From: an uncultured Methylomirabilota bacterium
Lineage (GTDB): Bacteria; Methylomirabilota; Methylomirabilia; Methylomirabilales; 2-02-FULL-66-22
DNA length: 64,000 nucleotides
NCBI GenBank assembly: GCA_963705305.1
Contig: OY970067.1
Location: 192,001 to 256,000, forward strand
Direction of reading: 5' to 3'
Shown: positions 31,322-40,118 of the stretch, in pieces
Layout: each line of letters begins with the position of its first letter
Position numbering within the stretch: the first letter of the stretch is position 1
Made by a program: the position numbers and the translations under genes
Notes under the pieces: model-generated
Seen by the model: only the letters and a program-made list of their open reading frames with translations
What the model was told of the DNA's origin: nothing
Database searches by the model: none

Positions 31322-31446
31322 GGCTAACGAAAGAAGTTAACCGGCCCACCCGGCGACCGGGCGATGGGTGGAGAAGAGAAAGGTGAAGGACGGAAACATG
31401 AAACCCGACACCACCGGTCGGGCCCGAGTTGAACGATGGGTTCCGT
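31322..31446 (-). other. integron attC recombination site (125 bp)
   Basis: minus strand: ACGGAAC, 5 bp, GTTCAAC (extra C) ... GTTAAC, 7 bp, GTTAGCC; palindromic arms gggcccg/gggccg; lies 20 bp after one gene's stop and 26 bp before the next start. Confidence 0.82.
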
Positions 31447-31466
31447 GCGCCATGGACGCGCGCTCC

Positions 31467-31913
31467 CTAGAGCCAGCGCCGTACATCATTCTTGTAATGA
31501 ACCCAGGCTGAGCCAAACGTACGAGCCAACCAAGGTTCTTCGGCGTGAATGACGCGGAAATGGAAGGCGAAGGCCACCAAGACCGTGTAGACGAGTAATC
31601 CGCGCGACCCAAACGCGGACGACCAGCCGAGAAGGACGAAGATGACGGCAATGTACATGGGGTTCCGCGAATAGCGATAGAGGCCGCTCGTCACCAGGTG
31701 TTTGGGTGGCGCCCACGGGGCGAGTGTCCCTTTGCCCGAGACATAGAAATCGCGGACGCACCAGAGAAGCGCCAGAAAGCCGATGCCCAGCGGGATCAAG
31801 CCCAAAGGATGAAGGAGCGCAGTGTGTGAGCTACGCCAAAGCCAGGCGAGGGGAACAAGGATCCCGACCACGCCTGGTAGTGCGAGGAAGGCTAGAACTG
31901 CACGTGGGAACAT
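31467..31913 (-). CDS. isoprenylcysteine carboxylmethyltransferase (ICMT/PEMT) family membrane protein
   Basis: GKGTLAPWAPP..LV..GLYRYSRNPMY, EE..L...FG..W..Y...V.RW. Confidence 0.88.
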   Translation of the reverse strand: MFPRAVLAFLALPGVVGILVPLAWLWRSSHTALLHPLGLIPLGIGFLALLWCVRDFYVSGKGTLAPWAPPKHLVTSGLYRYSRNPMYIAVIFVLLGWSSAFGSRGLLVYTVLVAFAFHFRVIHAEEPWLARTFGSAWVHYKNDVRRWL

Positions 31914-31955
31914 GTGCACCTACCGACCGCGCTCACTCGCCGTCGCTTATCACCT

Positions 31956-32252
31956 GGGACGTCGCCAATTTCACCAACTTGCTGGCGAAACGGCCGCAAC
32001 CCGTCTTCCGTGCCTGCAGATGGGCACGCAGCATCGTCTATCAAATGACGGTACTACCTGCCCCGTCATGCCCCGTCAAGGCCGCTTGGACGGTCCGGGC
32101 GCCCTCCACCGGACGATGCTACCGGGGCTAGAGCGGCGCGCCATCCTTCAGGATGGCACGGACCGCACGGATCTCGTAGTCCGCCTCGCGGTGCCGTCGC
32201 GTCCATCCCCTGCCGCCGGCGCGCCAGGAGTGTCCGGGTGCAACGCCCTCCA
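31956..32252 (+). mobile_element. non-autonomous Y1/RAYT-like element with best-preserved transposase 5' remnant
   Basis: left end gggacgtcgccaatttcaccaactt; ATG 32068 reads MPRQGRLDGPGALHRTMLPGLERRAILQDGTDRTDLVVRLA; right end ggagtgtccgggtgcaacgccctcc. Confidence 0.78.
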
Positions 32253-32315
32253 TTTCCGGTCGAGTGACCTGCCCCCTCGAAAATGGGGGGCGGTTTTCGA
32301 CTCGCCCCTCCTCCT

Positions 32316-33509
32316 CTACTTATAGTGGATTGAGCCGACGGTGTGCTTGGCGATGTAATCCCAGTTATAGGAGACTCCCAGACCGGGCCCCTGGGGAATC
32401 GGAACGCAACCCGCTGCATCGATCCCGTCGAAATCCCCGTCCGCGTAGCCGTCCGTGTACAGGCCCTCGGTGTAAAAGGGATGCGAATGCCGGTCGATCT
32501 TCGGATGGACCAGCCCCCATTCGTAGTAGTTGGAATTGCGGATTGCCGCGAGGCAATGGCGGGTCGGGGGATCCCCCAGATGAATCTCCACATCGATGCC
32601 GAGGCTCTCGGCGGCGTGGGCGAGTTTCATCGTCCCGGTGATCCCGTCCAGCCTCACATCGCCCCGCACGAAATCCGTCGCCTCGGCGAGGAGGACGTTC
32701 ATCCGTTGTTCTACGCCGCGGACATGCTCTCCCTGGAGGAGGGGGGTCTTGATCATCTGGCGCAATCTCCGGTGCGCGAAGTTGGATTGCCCCATGTCCT
32801 GGAAGGGATCTTCCAGCCAGAAGAACCCCTCCTCGTCGCAGGCCCGCCCGACCTTCAGGGCCTCCCCGAAGGTCGCATAGGCATTGGCCGGATCGAGCAT
32901 CAGGTCCATCCGGCCCCCCACGCGCTTCCCGACCGCGTGGATCAGCGCGACCTCGCGGGCAATCGGGCCCTGCCACCACGGATGAATCTTGAACCCGCGG
33001 TAGCCCTTCTCGAGGCAGACCTGGGCGAAATCGGCAAAGGCCTCTGGAGAATCCAGGCCGCCGCGCTCATCGCCGAAAGCCGTGCTCGCATACACGGGGA
33101 GCTTCTGTCGGAACCCCCCCAGCAGCTCGTAGATCGGCGCGCCATAGTACTTTCCCGCGATGTCCCAGAGCGCGATATCCACCGGCGCACTGCCCATGCG
33201 TCCGAGATGCCTGAGGATCCGGTTGACCTCGTTGTAGATCTTCTCCCGCTCTAGCGCGTTCTGACCAATGACAATTGACGCAATCCCCGCCATGGCGGCT
33301 GGCTCGATGACGGTGAAGGTCGATACGTATTCTCCCGTGATGCCGGCGTCTGTATGGATCTTGATGGCGTGCGACTTCCGACGAGTCACGGTGCCGGGCT
33401 CGTACACTTCTCGGGTCTCCAGCGTGCCAAAGTCTCGTCTCTCGCGCTCAAACTCGCAGAGTTCGATCCCGGTGATCTTGAGGTTTCTCTGGGCTGTCGC
33501 GTCTGTCAT
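32316..33509 (-). CDS. mandelate racemase/muconate lactonizing enzyme (enolase superfamily) protein
   Basis: VDIALWDIAGK...PIYELLGG, FKIH, LMLDP, WLEDP, GE; AAGGAG SD. Confidence 0.9.
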   Translation of the reverse strand: MTDATAQRNLKITGIELCEFERERRDFGTLETREVYEPGTVTRRKSHAIKIHTDAGITGEYVSTFTVIEPAAMAGIASIVIGQNALEREKIYNEVNRILRHLGRMGSAPVDIALWDIAGKYYGAPIYELLGGFRQKLPVYASTAFGDERGGLDSPEAFADFAQVCLEKGYRGFKIHPWWQGPIAREVALIHAVGKRVGGRMDLMLDPANAYATFGEALKVGRACDEEGFFWLEDPFQDMGQSNFAHRRLRQMIKTPLLQGEHVRGVEQRMNVLLAEATDFVRGDVRLDGITGTMKLAHAAESLGIDVEIHLGDPPTRHCLAAIRNSNYYEWGLVHPKIDRHSHPFYTEGLYTDGYADGDFDGIDAAGCVPIPQGPGLGVSYNWDYIAKHTVGSIHYK

Positions 33510-33778
33510 CCAAGTGCTCCTTCCGCCATGAACCGCGGGGCTCGAAAGTGGTTCGTCGGGGGGCCCGACCGGTTGCCCGTCGGCACGCGGCGAGACCGGC
33601 TCCGCCATTCGGAGGGTGCCGCGCCCGCCCTGCCGGGTGACTCAAAGAGGGTGGCAGTTCCAGGAGAATTGGCAAGCCCTGTGGGGCCGTGCACCGCGCA
33701 CAGCTCACGTCATCCTACGAGGCGTTCCCTGGACGCGAGCGAGAGCATAGCCCGCACCCGGTGCGAGTGCAAGCAATA

Positions 33779-34020
33779 CGGCGCGTTGGATTAATTGTCA
33801 TATCTTGCCGCCGCCCGCCTCGCCAGGCTTCGGTACGCGGAATGCGGCGGCCTGCGAGGCATCCGTACCGTGATTGTGCCAGGGCTGGAGTGCTGGATCA
33901 TCTTCCGAGACGATCGGGGCCGCGCGGAATTCGGTTTCTGGCGGCTTGGCAAGGCCTTGCTTCGCTGTTGCTGAGGACACTGTCGCTGAGGATACTTGAC
34001 AAATAAAGAGAACGTCTCTC
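33779..34020 (+). mobile_element. array element type B copy (transposase 5' remnant between inverted ends)
   Basis: encodes VIVPGLECWIIFRDDRGRAEF; ends gcgttggattaattgtcatat ... ttgacaaataaagagaacgtctctc. Confidence 0.75.
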
Positions 34021-34021
34021 A

Positions 34022-34420
34022 TCACATCCGCGGCAGGGGCTTCACATCGGCGTCGGCACCCGCCGACCGCTCAACCGGATACCCGCATCGCACCCATGCC
34101 TCCATGCCGCCTTCGAGGTTGTAGACCCGCTCGCCGCCGAGCAAGGCGAGAACCTCGGCGCCGAGGGCGCTGATTGCTCCAATGCGGCAGACCACCACGA
34201 TGTCGCGCTCGAGGGCGAGCTCGGCGTGGTGCTTGAAGAGCTCGTCTACCGGAAGGTTCCGGGCCCCGGCGATATGCCCCTGGGCGTACTCCCCCGGCAG
34301 GCGCACATCCACCACCTGGGCCCCGCCCGTCTCGATGAGGGGTCGGGCGTCCGAAACCTCGATCCGGCTGAAGGGCTCCTCGGGGTCAGCCTCCCCCCCT
34401 CCCAGGGGACCGGTCCTCAT
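34022..34420 (-). CDS. rhodanese-like domain protein
   Basis: VDVR.PGEY..GHIAGA.NLP, VVCRIG..S, NLEGGM.AW. Confidence 0.88.
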   Translation of the reverse strand: MRTGPLGGGEADPEEPFSRIEVSDARPLIETGGAQVVDVRLPGEYAQGHIAGARNLPVDELFKHHAELALERDIVVVCRIGAISALGAEVLALLGGERVYNLEGGMEAWVRCGYPVERSAGADADVKPLPRM

Positions 34421-34520
34421 GACTCCCGCGTCCTTCTTTCTCCCCTTTCGCCCGGACTTCGTTTCCCGGCGGCTTGCCAGAAACTCGCTTTGGTGCCGCT
34501 GAAGATATGATTTTGCTAGA

Positions 34521-35180
34521 TCAGCCCTTCCGCGCTGAGGCATCCAGCATCGCCTGGAGCAGCGTTTCCGGCGGCTGCGCTCCGGACACCGCGGCGCGGC
34601 GATTGAAGATGAAGCAGGGCACCGCGTTGATGCCGGCCTGCCGGGCTTCGAGGTCGACTCGCAACACGTCCTCCCGGCCGTCCTCGGACGCCAGGTAGGA
34701 GGCCAAAGCGGCGCGATCCAGGCCGGCACGCTCGCCGACGCTCGCCAGCGCCGCCTGGTCGGTGAGGTCGGCGCCATCCAGGAAATAGGCGCGGAAGAGC
34801 CGCTCCGCGACCGCGTCTTCATGCCCCTGCGTCGCACCGTAGAGCATGAGCCGGTGCGCGTTCAGCGTGTTCGGCTGCACCGTGATGCGGTCGAAGGCGA
34901 AGTCGATACCGACTTCCCGGCCCACGCCCGCCACGCGCGCGTAGCTGTGGGCGTGGCCGGGGCCGAACTTGCGCTCGAGGTAGTCCTGGCGCGGCATGCC
35001 CGCGTCCGGCAGGTCCGGGTTGAGCTGGAACGGCAGCCAGCGCACGGCCGGCTTTCCCCCATCGGGCACGCGCTCCTGGTATAGCCGCAGTGCGGCTTCC
35101 AGGCGCCGCTTGCCGATGAAGCACCAGGGTCAGACGATGTCCGAGACGATTTCGATGGTAAGCGTGGGTTGAGCTTGCAT
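34521..35180 (-). CDS. DsbA/FrnE-family oxidoreductase, predicted selenoprotein (UxxC)
   Basis: MQAQPTLTIEIVSDIV-TGA(35132-35130)-PWCFIGKRRLE continues in frame into PFQLNP...VPCFIF..SGAQP; AAAGGA SD; hairpin GCGGC-GCCTGGAA-GCCGC about 21 nt after UGA. Confidence 0.85.
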
Positions 35181-35322
35181 GCGCCGGTCCTTTCTGCTGG
35201 GAGTGGCCCCGATGTGTCCTGGCGCGGCGTGCGGGGTGCCGGACGGGGCCATTATACCGTCGGAAGGGGCCTTTGTGGATCTCTTCATGGCCGCGAGCGT
35301 TCTTGCTCGTAATGGACGCAAT

Positions 35323-35568
35323 GGGGGACGTTGCCAATTTCGTCAACTCGCGACGGCAACGGTCACGCCCACTCACCGCGCCTCTATCTTTCAGGGACAC
35401 CGGCCTCTACGAACCCAACAGCCCCCTGGGATCCCGTGATCCGCCGGGGGCTGTTGGGTTCGCACGCCAGGAGCTTTCCGGTCGGCATCTTCGCCTCCCT
35501 CAGGCCACCTAGCTGAGAGCGAATTGATTGCGACATGACGCTACCGCCTGTCGGAGGGCGAAGTCAAG
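35323..35568 (-). repeat. array element type A, copy 2
   Basis: end gggggacgttgccaatttcgtc; 15-bp stem gaacccaacagcccc/ggggctgttgggttc; minus TTGACT-18-TAGCGT. Confidence 0.88.
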
Positions 35569-35607
35569 ATGGAAATGCGGGGGCCAGAAATCGGCTTTCA
35601 GAAATAC

Positions 35608-35894
35608 GGGACGCCGCATTCCCTCCCAGACTTTGCCAACGTCCGCCTCGCGAGGTTCCCGCAAGCAGAACTCGATGGCCTGCGAGCCCTCCACAAAGTG
35701 ATGGTGCCAGGCCTGGAGTTTCGGATCATTTTCTGGGAGGACACGGACCGTGCAGATTTCGTTCTCCGCCGGCAAGCCGGGACCCCGCGCTGGTACCGAT
35801 GGAAAGATTCGACGGAGAATGCTACGTCTCCTCTTTCGGCGATACGCGGGGAGGTCGTTAGCAATTAGGACAATTAGGCCACAACGTCCCTTTT
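35608..35894 (+). mobile_element. array element type B copy plus short terminal module
   Basis: encodes PQAELDGLRALHKVMVPGLEFRIIFWEDTDRADFV; ends gctacgtctcc and ggccacaacgtccctttt; near-identical to 38155-38381. Confidence 0.85.
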
Positions 35895-35903
35895 ACGCGG
35901 TTC

Positions 35904-36124
35904 ACAATTCCGGCGTACGAGAACGCGTGAGGACCCGCCCCGGGCCGGGAGGCGCGGCTGACTCTGCATGGGGTGGCCCCGGACCCCACGCCCGCAGGCT
36001 CCTCTGCCGCCGGGGCGCCCGGAGTGCCGGGAGGCTGCCTCCCTCCGAGAAGTTGTTTCAGAACCTACGTCCCGTATTACGTTGGTCTCGTCGGGAGGAT
36101 TTGACAGATAATGCAACGTCCCCC
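35904..36124 (+). repeat. array element type C (ends cagaacctacgtccc and ttgacagataatgcaacgtccccc)
   Basis: first about 48 bp and the gccgggaggctgcctccc...ttcagaacctacg block recur at 37397-37484. Confidence 0.75.
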
Positions 36125-36210
36125 ATTACTGAGGCCGAGGGACGATGCGCCGCCCGCCGATCCGACCTCGCCTGCGGCCGCCACCGGCGGGATCCCCGGG
36201 ACCGGCCGGC

Positions 36211-37422
36211 ATGCGTGAAGCGCCCGCCTTCCCGGGGCCGGCCCGATCCCGGGCGGTCGTGGTGACCGCCCTGGGGACGGCCCAGACCTTGGCCTGGGCG
36301 TCAAGCTACTACCTGCCGGCGATCCTCGCCCATCCGATTGCCGCGGGGCTGGGCGTCCCGCACGCGTGGGTCTTCGCGGCCTTCTCGGCCGCCCTGCTCA
36401 TCGCCGCCCTTGCCGGCCCCGTCGTGGGGCGAGGGATCGATCGCCACGGGGGGCGGGGCGTGCTCGTCCTCTCGAACCTGGTGTTCGCCGGCGGACTGCT
36501 CGCGCTCGCCGCGGCCACGGGCCCCCTCAGTCTCTTCGGGGCCTGGGCGGTGCTCGGCGTCGGGATGGCGCTGGGGCTGTACGACGCCGCGTTTGCCACG
36601 CTGACAAACCTCTACGGCCGCGCGGCCCGCGGCCCAATTACCGGCATCACCCTCTTCGCCGGTTTCGCGTCGACGGTGAGCTGGCCGGTGTCCTCGCTCC
36701 TGATTGATATGCTGGGGTGGCGCGAGACCTGCCTCGTCTGGGCCGCCCTCAACCTGGGAATCTGCCTTCCGCTCAATCGCTTCCTCGTGCCGCTCGCCAC
36801 GGAGCAGGCGCCTCCGCGCCGCGTGCCGGGAGCCCGGGTGGGGTGGAAGCCGCGCAGGGAGATGTTCCTGCTCGCCTTCGTGTTCGGGGCCGCCTGGTTC
36901 GTCACCGGCTCGATGGCGGCCCACCTGCCGCGCCTCCTCGAACGGGCGGGGGCGACGCCCCTCCGGGCGGTCGCCATTGCCGCGCTGGTCGGGCCGGCCC
37001 AGGTCGCCGCGCGGCTGGCCGAGTTCTTCCTTTTGAAACGGACACACCCGGTGGTCTCGGCGAGGATCGCGACGACGCTCCACCCCATCGGCGCGGTCGC
37101 CCTGGCCTGTTGTCCGGGCCCCCTGGGGACAGTGAGCTTTACTGTCCTGTACGGGGCCGGGAATGGCCTGCTAACGATCGCTCGGGGCACGGTCCCGCTC
37201 GCCATCTTCGGTCCTCACGGCTATGGCGAGCGCACCGGCCTCCTCGGCGCCCCCGCCCGCGCCGCCCAGGCGTGCGCCCCGCTGGTGTTCGGGCTCTTGT
37301 TTGACGCCATGGGGCTTGCAGTCATCCTGGTCTCGGCGGGATTGAGCCTGGCCGCGCTGGGCGCCCTGCTGTGTCTGCGCGCAACCCCGGATCGGACAAT
37401 TCCGGCGTACGAGAATGCGTGA
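36211..37422 (+). CDS. MFS transporter
   Basis: LG..QTLAWASSYYLPA, G..IDR.GGR, GLYDAAF; multi-TM pattern; start 36145 or 36211. Confidence 0.88.
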   Translation: MREAPAFPGPARSRAVVVTALGTAQTLAWASSYYLPAILAHPIAAGLGVPHAWVFAAFSAALLIAALAGPVVGRGIDRHGGRGVLVLSNLVFAGGLLALAAATGPLSLFGAWAVLGVGMALGLYDAAFATLTNLYGRAARGPITGITLFAGFASTVSWPVSSLLIDMLGWRETCLVWAALNLGICLPLNRFLVPLATEQAPPRRVPGARVGWKPRREMFLLAFVFGAAWFVTGSMAAHLPRLLERAGATPLRAVAIAALVGPAQVAARLAEFFLLKRTHPVVSARIATTLHPIGAVALACCPGPLGTVSFTVLYGAGNGLLTIARGTVPLAIFGPHGYGERTGLLGAPARAAQACAPLVFGLLFDAMGLAVILVSAGLSLAALGALLCLRATPDRTIPAYENA

Positions 37423-37484
37423 GGGCCCGCCCCGGGCCGGGAGGCTGCCTCCCCTCGAGAAGCTGCTTCAGAACCTACGGCCTT
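37397..37484 (+). repeat. internally deleted type C copy overlapping the MFS stop codon
   Basis: acaattccggcgtacgagaatgcgtgagggcccgccccgggccgggagg is nearly identical to 35904-35952. Confidence 0.8.
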
Positions 37485-37603
37485 ATTCGATGGCTCAAGA
37501 CTTCCCGCAACCGCAGAGCGACCGGAGTCGGCCTGGCGAATTCCCCGGCCGCATCTGCTATACTCCCGGCAAATCTGCGGCCCATTCCTACTGGAGGGCG
37601 CCC

Positions 37604-38098
37604 ATGGACGAACCGGTATTCATCGAGTCACGGGACGAGATGGAGCAGATCCTGCGGGAGGAGGTGCTGGGTCACCTGGGCCTCGCGGGCGACGGGCAGC
37701 CGTACGTGGTGCCCGTCAATTACGCCTACCTGGCCGGGAGGATCCTGTTCCACTGCGCGCTCGCGGGCCAGAAGCTCGACGCCATCCGCCGCAATCCCCA
37801 CGTCTGTTTTACCGTCAGCCGGCAGCGGGGGGAGATGCGGGACCACACCGGCGCCCCCTGCCACATCGACAGCGACAGCGTGATCTGCTACGGCCGGGCG
37901 AGGCTCCTCGAGGACCTCACGGAGCGGGCCGCCGCGCTGAACGCCTTCAACCGCCGCTACCGGCCCGATGCGCCCGATCTCCCGGTGGATCGGGTGGCGC
38001 AGTGCATGGCAGTCGAGATCACGATTGCCGTGATGACCGGGCGGCGGGAGCGAGACCGCCACCGCACGTACTGGCGCGCCATCTTCCATCCGCAATAG
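37604..38098 (+). CDS. pyridoxamine 5'-phosphate oxidase-like / NimA family flavin-binding protein
   Basis: GHLGL...PYVVPVNY, FHCA..GQKLD.IR.NP.VCF, SVI.YG. Confidence 0.88.
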   Translation: MDEPVFIESRDEMEQILREEVLGHLGLAGDGQPYVVPVNYAYLAGRILFHCALAGQKLDAIRRNPHVCFTVSRQRGEMRDHTGAPCHIDSDSVICYGRARLLEDLTERAAALNAFNRRYRPDAPDLPVDRVAQCMAVEITIAVMTGRRERDRHRTYWRAIFHPQ

Positions 38099-38382
38099 GG
38101 GCCGCTGCATTATCTGTCCTGCCGGCGCCCGTCCCGCCAGCCCGCGCCAGGCGCAACTCGACGGCCTGCGAGCTCTCCACAACGTGATGGTGCCAGGCCT
38201 GGAGTTTCGGACCATTTTCTGGGAGGACACGGACCGTGCAGATTTCGTTCTCCGCCGGCAAGCCGGGACCCCGCGCTGGTGCCGATGGAAAGATTCGACG
38301 GAGAATGCTACGTCTCCCCTTTCGGCGACACGCGGGGAGGTCGTCAGTGATTAGGACAATTAGGCCACAACGTCCCCTTTTC
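38098..38382 (+). mobile_element. array element type B copy plus short terminal module
   Basis: left end ggggccgctgcattatctgtc (19/21 to revcomp of 36103-36123); encodes LHNVMVPGLEFRTIFWEDTDRADFV; right end aacgtccccttttc. Confidence 0.88.
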
Positions 38383-38640
38383 ATGAGATTCGGTGACGGA
38401 CAAGGGCAATTCGGCTAGCAGTCTGTCGAAGTCACCCAAATACCTCTCGAAGAGATCGATAAAGAATCCGACGTAGGCAGCTATATTATCCGGCCAATCG
38501 AGATGCGCACGATGAGACTGCACCTCACCTTGGAGTCCCTTGAGGGTCTCGATGCACTTGGCAGTTTCAGCCCGCCAATCTCGGATGTGCGCAAGGATCG
38601 TGTCCATGGAGACACCGGTGTAATCAGTCATCCCAGCCAT
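38344..38640 (-). pseudogene. hypothetical gene probably truncated by the element end at 38382
   Basis: helical protein MAGMTDYTGVSMDTILAHIRDW...; last 13 codons and stop lie inside the repeat. Confidence 0.55.
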
Positions 38641-38784
38641 GAGAGAACGCTCTCTGACAGTCATTGGCCGTCAATCCTCCGCCCCAACTCCACGAAAAAT
38701 AATCCTTTGCGTGGCAAGCTGCACGTAGAACAGCACCCCGACCGGTGCCGGGTGGAGTCGAGCATACCAATAAAGCAGTGCTGA

Positions 38785-39007
38785 GGGAGGCCGCACTATT
38801 TGTAATATGCCGCCGCCGCCCGCCTACCAGGCTCTTCTAGACAGGACTTGATGGCACGTAATGCCTCCACTCCGTGATGGCGTCAGGACTGGATCCGCGG
38901 ATCGTTTGCCAAAGGGCACAGGCCGCGCGGATTTCGTTCCCTAGCGACCTGCCGGGATCCCACTTCGGTGCTGTTGGAAAGATTCCACAGATAATGCTAT
39001 TTCCCCC
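38785..39007 (+). mobile_element. array element type B copy (more decayed)
   Basis: gggaggccgcactatttgtaatat ... gtgatggcgtcaggactgga ... gcgcggatttcgtt ... acagataatgctatttccccc. Confidence 0.78.
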
Positions 39008-39031
39008 ATTACAGGAATCAACCCATTATCT

Positions 39032-39865
39032 TCAGGCAATTCGTGCTAAAGCCTTTGCTGCGATCGCCTTATAGGCGAGCGCCTCCATGAGACTGTCCTC
39101 GGTGCCAAAGAGGGTATATGCGTCAATGTTCATGAGCGAAAGTCTCTCAAGGAAGGGACCGCGCTGACTTCTTGGGAGCCGATATTTCACAAGAACATCC
39201 TGATGGGCATCGGCTTTTTGAAACACTTCCTCGTGACTAGCGTAACTGCACCAACTATTCCGGATGACCCTGCAAATCGTGTACTCGCTCTGCTGCCGGA
39301 AATGCAGGGGAGTAGTTACGATATTGGGCCCCAGCCCCATAATATGTGGCTCATTCTCATCCCATATCTTCGCTTCCCCCGTATATTCCTGAAAGTAATA
39401 GACGGCGACTTCCTCATCAGGATCTTCGTGGGTCCTCTTTGCACATGCTGCCGATCGGAAAGCAAAGAAAGCAGCGACATATGGAGACTCCGACCAGTCG
39501 AGAAGCGGAGACGGGAATCCGTGATGTCTTAGGTAGACCATGAATTCGTATCCAAAAGGTGCCTGGTAAGGTTCCGGCCCCTCCTCTGGGTATGCGCCGA
39601 TGTCCCAGCGTTTCTCCGTCACAGACTCGACGGGTTTCTGGAGAAAGTTGCGGAGCACCCTCCAGCATTCCTTCGTCGTATACGGGTGGTCCGTATACCT
39701 CTCTAGCGTCGTTTTTAGCGGCCAGGAGGCCTTCTCTTGCCCCCGAAATAGAGGCGGGGGGATATAGAGACCCGGAGCCTTCTTGCATGTCTCCGAATAC
39801 CGACGCAAAACCTCACCGACCGCGCGCCCAAAGTCCTCCCAACTCGAAAGCACTAATTCTTTCAT
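39032..39865 (-). CDS. FRG domain protein
   Basis: LFRGQ...W.L.TTLER, LRHHGFPSPLLDWS.SPYVAAFFA, QQS; lower GC than flanks. Confidence 0.9.
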   Translation of the reverse strand: MKELVLSSWEDFGRAVGEVLRRYSETCKKAPGLYIPPPLFRGQEKASWPLKTTLERYTDHPYTTKECWRVLRNFLQKPVESVTEKRWDIGAYPEEGPEPYQAPFGYEFMVYLRHHGFPSPLLDWSESPYVAAFFAFRSAACAKRTHEDPDEEVAVYYFQEYTGEAKIWDENEPHIMGLGPNIVTTPLHFRQQSEYTICRVIRNSWCSYASHEEVFQKADAHQDVLVKYRLPRSQRGPFLERLSLMNIDAYTLFGTEDSLMEALAYKAIAAKALARIA

Positions 39866-39881
39866 TGAATTTTCCTATGGT

Positions 39882-40090
39882 GAGAGACGTCGCATTACTT
39901 GTCATATTTTGTCGGATCCACCAAGCGGATGGATGGCCAGCTAGCCCTCTACGGCGTGATGGTGCCAGGACTGGAGTTTCGGATCATTTCCTGGGAGAAC
40001 ACGGGCCGCGCGGACTTCATTTCCTGGCGGCTTGCCGGGACCACGCCCTGGTGTCGATGGAAAGATTCGACAAACAATGCAACTTCCCCT
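39882..40090 (+). mobile_element. array element type B copy
   Basis: inverted ends gagagacgtcgcattacttgtca / tcgacaaacaatgcaacttcccc; encodes VMVPGLEFRIISWENTGRADF. Confidence 0.85.
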
Positions 40091-40118
40091 GTCATTCACC
40101 CGATCGGATCGTTCCTAG

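Noticed and set aside
35569..35868. ORFs 35569-35868 and 39899-40204 as a new small-protein family
   Set aside because: They are translations of the transposase remnant; starts and stops are not conserved between copies.
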